From assembly GCA_964016885.1 (NCBI GenBank), contig OZ024751.1:26474001-26538000 (forward strand): a DNA stretch of 64,000 bases. The letters run 5' to 3'. This stretch comes from Eledone cirrhosa (Eukaryota). The notes below the pieces were generated by a model. It was given only the letters and a program-made list of their open reading frames with translations, did no database searches and was not told the DNA's origin. Below, piece after piece: positions 62,053 through 64,000 of the stretch (positions are counted from its first letter, which is position 1; each line of letters begins with the position of its first letter). Made by a program: the position numbers and the translations under genes.

Positions 62053-62107
62053 TTTATCTGATGAGAGCATACCAAAATATTGGTACCCTTGAAATATATA
62101 TAATAAA
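62053..62107 (+). ncRNA. Type I minimal hammerhead ribozyme motif (Penelope-type)
   Basis: UUUAU-CUGAUGA-GAGCAUACCAA(AAUA)UUGGUACCCUU-GAAA-UAUAUA-UA-AUAAA. Confidence 0.7.
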
Positions 62108-62271
62108 TATGGGTTTATAAAGATAGCTTCCTTTTATTAATATTGTTGATATTATACTCCAGAAGAAATACTGTTGAGTGTTTCTAATCTGTTATAAATT
62201 AAATTTGTTGAATAATCAACAAATTAAATAACTCATTGTTTATATATATATATATATATACTCATACTTAC

Positions 62272-62456
62272 ATGTGTGTTAGGTGAACAAGATGGGACTG
62301 TGCAATTCCGTTTTTCAAATCTTGGTGGACAATTTGCAGCTCCTCTTCTTGGTTTCAGAACCCGGTCTCTCTTCCGTGTCTGTACGGCAGCCATCTTATT
62401 ACAGCTACCGACACAACTGCTCCACTCACTCCACTCCTCCATCTTACAGGCAACAG
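62272..62456 (-). CDS. Spondin-like protein exon: second TSP1 repeat
   Basis: TTTCAG acceptor and CAT|GTAAGT donor; in frame with the previous exon. CKMEEWSEWSSCVGSC...RKRDRV..GAANCP...NCTVPSC. Confidence 0.85.
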
Positions 62457-62547
62457 CTGAAAATAAAACAATAAAACATATACACTCTATTTTAACCTTT
62501 AACTTTTCAATAGAATGTTATATATACACCTTAGTGTTGGTCTATAT

Positions 62548-63028
62548 CACACTACACCACACCACACCACACCACACCACACCACACTACACCACACCAC
62601 ACTACACTACACTACACTACACCATACCACACTACACTACACTACACCATACCACACTACACTACACTACACCATACCACACTACACTACACTACATTAC
62701 ACTAAACTACACCACACTACACTACACCACACCACACTACACTACACTACACTACACTACACTACACCACACGTTACTACACTACACCACACCACACCAC
62801 ACCACACCACACTACACTACACTAAACTACACCACACGTTACTACACTACACCACACCACACCACACCACACCACACCACACTACACTACACTACACTAC
62901 ACCACACCACACGTTACTACACTACACTACACCACACCACACGTTACTACACTACACCACACCACACTACACTACACTACACCACCACACCACTGCACCA
63001 CACCATACCACCACACCATCACACTACC
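62548..63028. repeat. (CACTA/CACCA)n pentanucleotide repeat filling the spondin intron
   Basis: Direct inspection. Confidence 0.95.
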
Positions 63029-63046
63029 ATGACAGAAACCACTTAC

Positions 63047-63322
63047 AACATCTGGCCAGTTTACATTTCTTCTTTTTGACCATTTTCTTGGGACATCTCC
63101 TTCCTCCATTCATTGGTTTAACTTTGATCATTCTACTCTTCATTGTGATTCCCTTACCACATGTGGCAGAACAAGCTGACCAGTCTGACCATGGTGTCAC
63201 CATACATTTCACTCTGCCACTCACATGACGATGACGGCGAGCTTTCTTCAATTTCTTCCTCATTTTTCTCATCTGTTGTTTAACATCTCTCGTGTCTTTC
63301 TCCTTCATCATCACCAACAACT
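63047..63322 (-). CDS. Spondin-like protein exon: basic linker plus TSP1 repeat
   Basis: TTTCAG acceptor and T|GTAAGT donor; 276 nt, phase 1-1. CMVTPWSDWSACSATCGKG..SRMIKVKPMNGGRRCP is an F-spondin-type TSR. Confidence 0.88.
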
Positions 63323-64000
63323 CTGAAACAATGGAGGAACAAAACCATTTCTTACCATTTTTATAACGAAAGACTTTTTCAATGCTTTTCAAATACACTT
63401 GATAATATTCAAGAATTTAGAGGGGTTTAGTAATATAACTCTCATTATTAAGTTGGTGTTTGGAACAAAACTTTTTCATTGCCATATTTCTAATGAAAAA
63501 TACTACCTATGGTTTTCAAATATTATATTTCCTGTGGATTGGCAATATCGGTAGAGGGTCGGATGCCATGCTTTCCAGCATAGTTACGTCCCTTTACGAT
63601 CTGAGTTCAAATCCCGCCCAGGTTGACTTTGCCTTACGGGGTCGATAAAATAAAGTACCAGTAATGCACTGGGTAATTGCTGGCCTTGTGCCTAAAGTAG
63701 AAACAATTATATTTCCTGAAGACACTGATTAGTCCCTCATCCCACCCGAATATATCTAGAAAACTTTTCAAAATTTATCAACACAAAATGGTGTGTCATG
63801 ACAGAGCACCTTAGATGTCAAGTAATATGGTAGTTTTGAAAATAACAAATTACAGCGATTTTGTAACAATTAATTTTTGTATTATTAAGTTGATATTTGG
63901 AATATAACAAAAGTTATATGATGAAAGGTGAGGAGAAAATATATAGACACTAGAACAAACAATTTTAAAATGTAGGACTAGAAATGGCTTCAGGTGGTTT

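Noticed and set aside
63712-63765. Third hammerhead (CTGAAGA...CGAATATATCTA)
   Set aside because: GAAA is incomplete and there is no pairing stem II; at best a decayed remnant.

Overview
AT-rich, microsatellite-dense eukaryotic DNA. The SINE, RTE-LINE and Penelope-type repeat content suggests a coleoid cephalopod such as octopus (inference). Most ORFs in the track are artefacts of simple repeats. Two spliced host genes lie on the minus strand. The first is a SON-like SR protein gene, with a putative first exon at about 35.6 kb and exons at 5.2-6.5 kb, 1.3-1.4 kb and 0.1 kb; its large exon has a disrupted reading frame. The second is the 3' part of a spondin-like TSP1-repeat gene at 62.3-63.3 kb. 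The rest is transposon-derived: a deleted Helitron with an intact 3' hairpin/CTAG end, several RTE LINEs (one with a twin-priming-type inversion, one unusually GC/CpG-rich), a Tx1/L1 fragment, a decayed pogo/Tigger transposase, piggyBac-, hAT- and Tc2-type MITEs, and two SINE families. The most notable observations are two minimal type I hammerhead ribozyme motifs, a candidate decayed hammerhead family, minisatellites that grew out of DNA-transposon ends, and several long fold-back structures.
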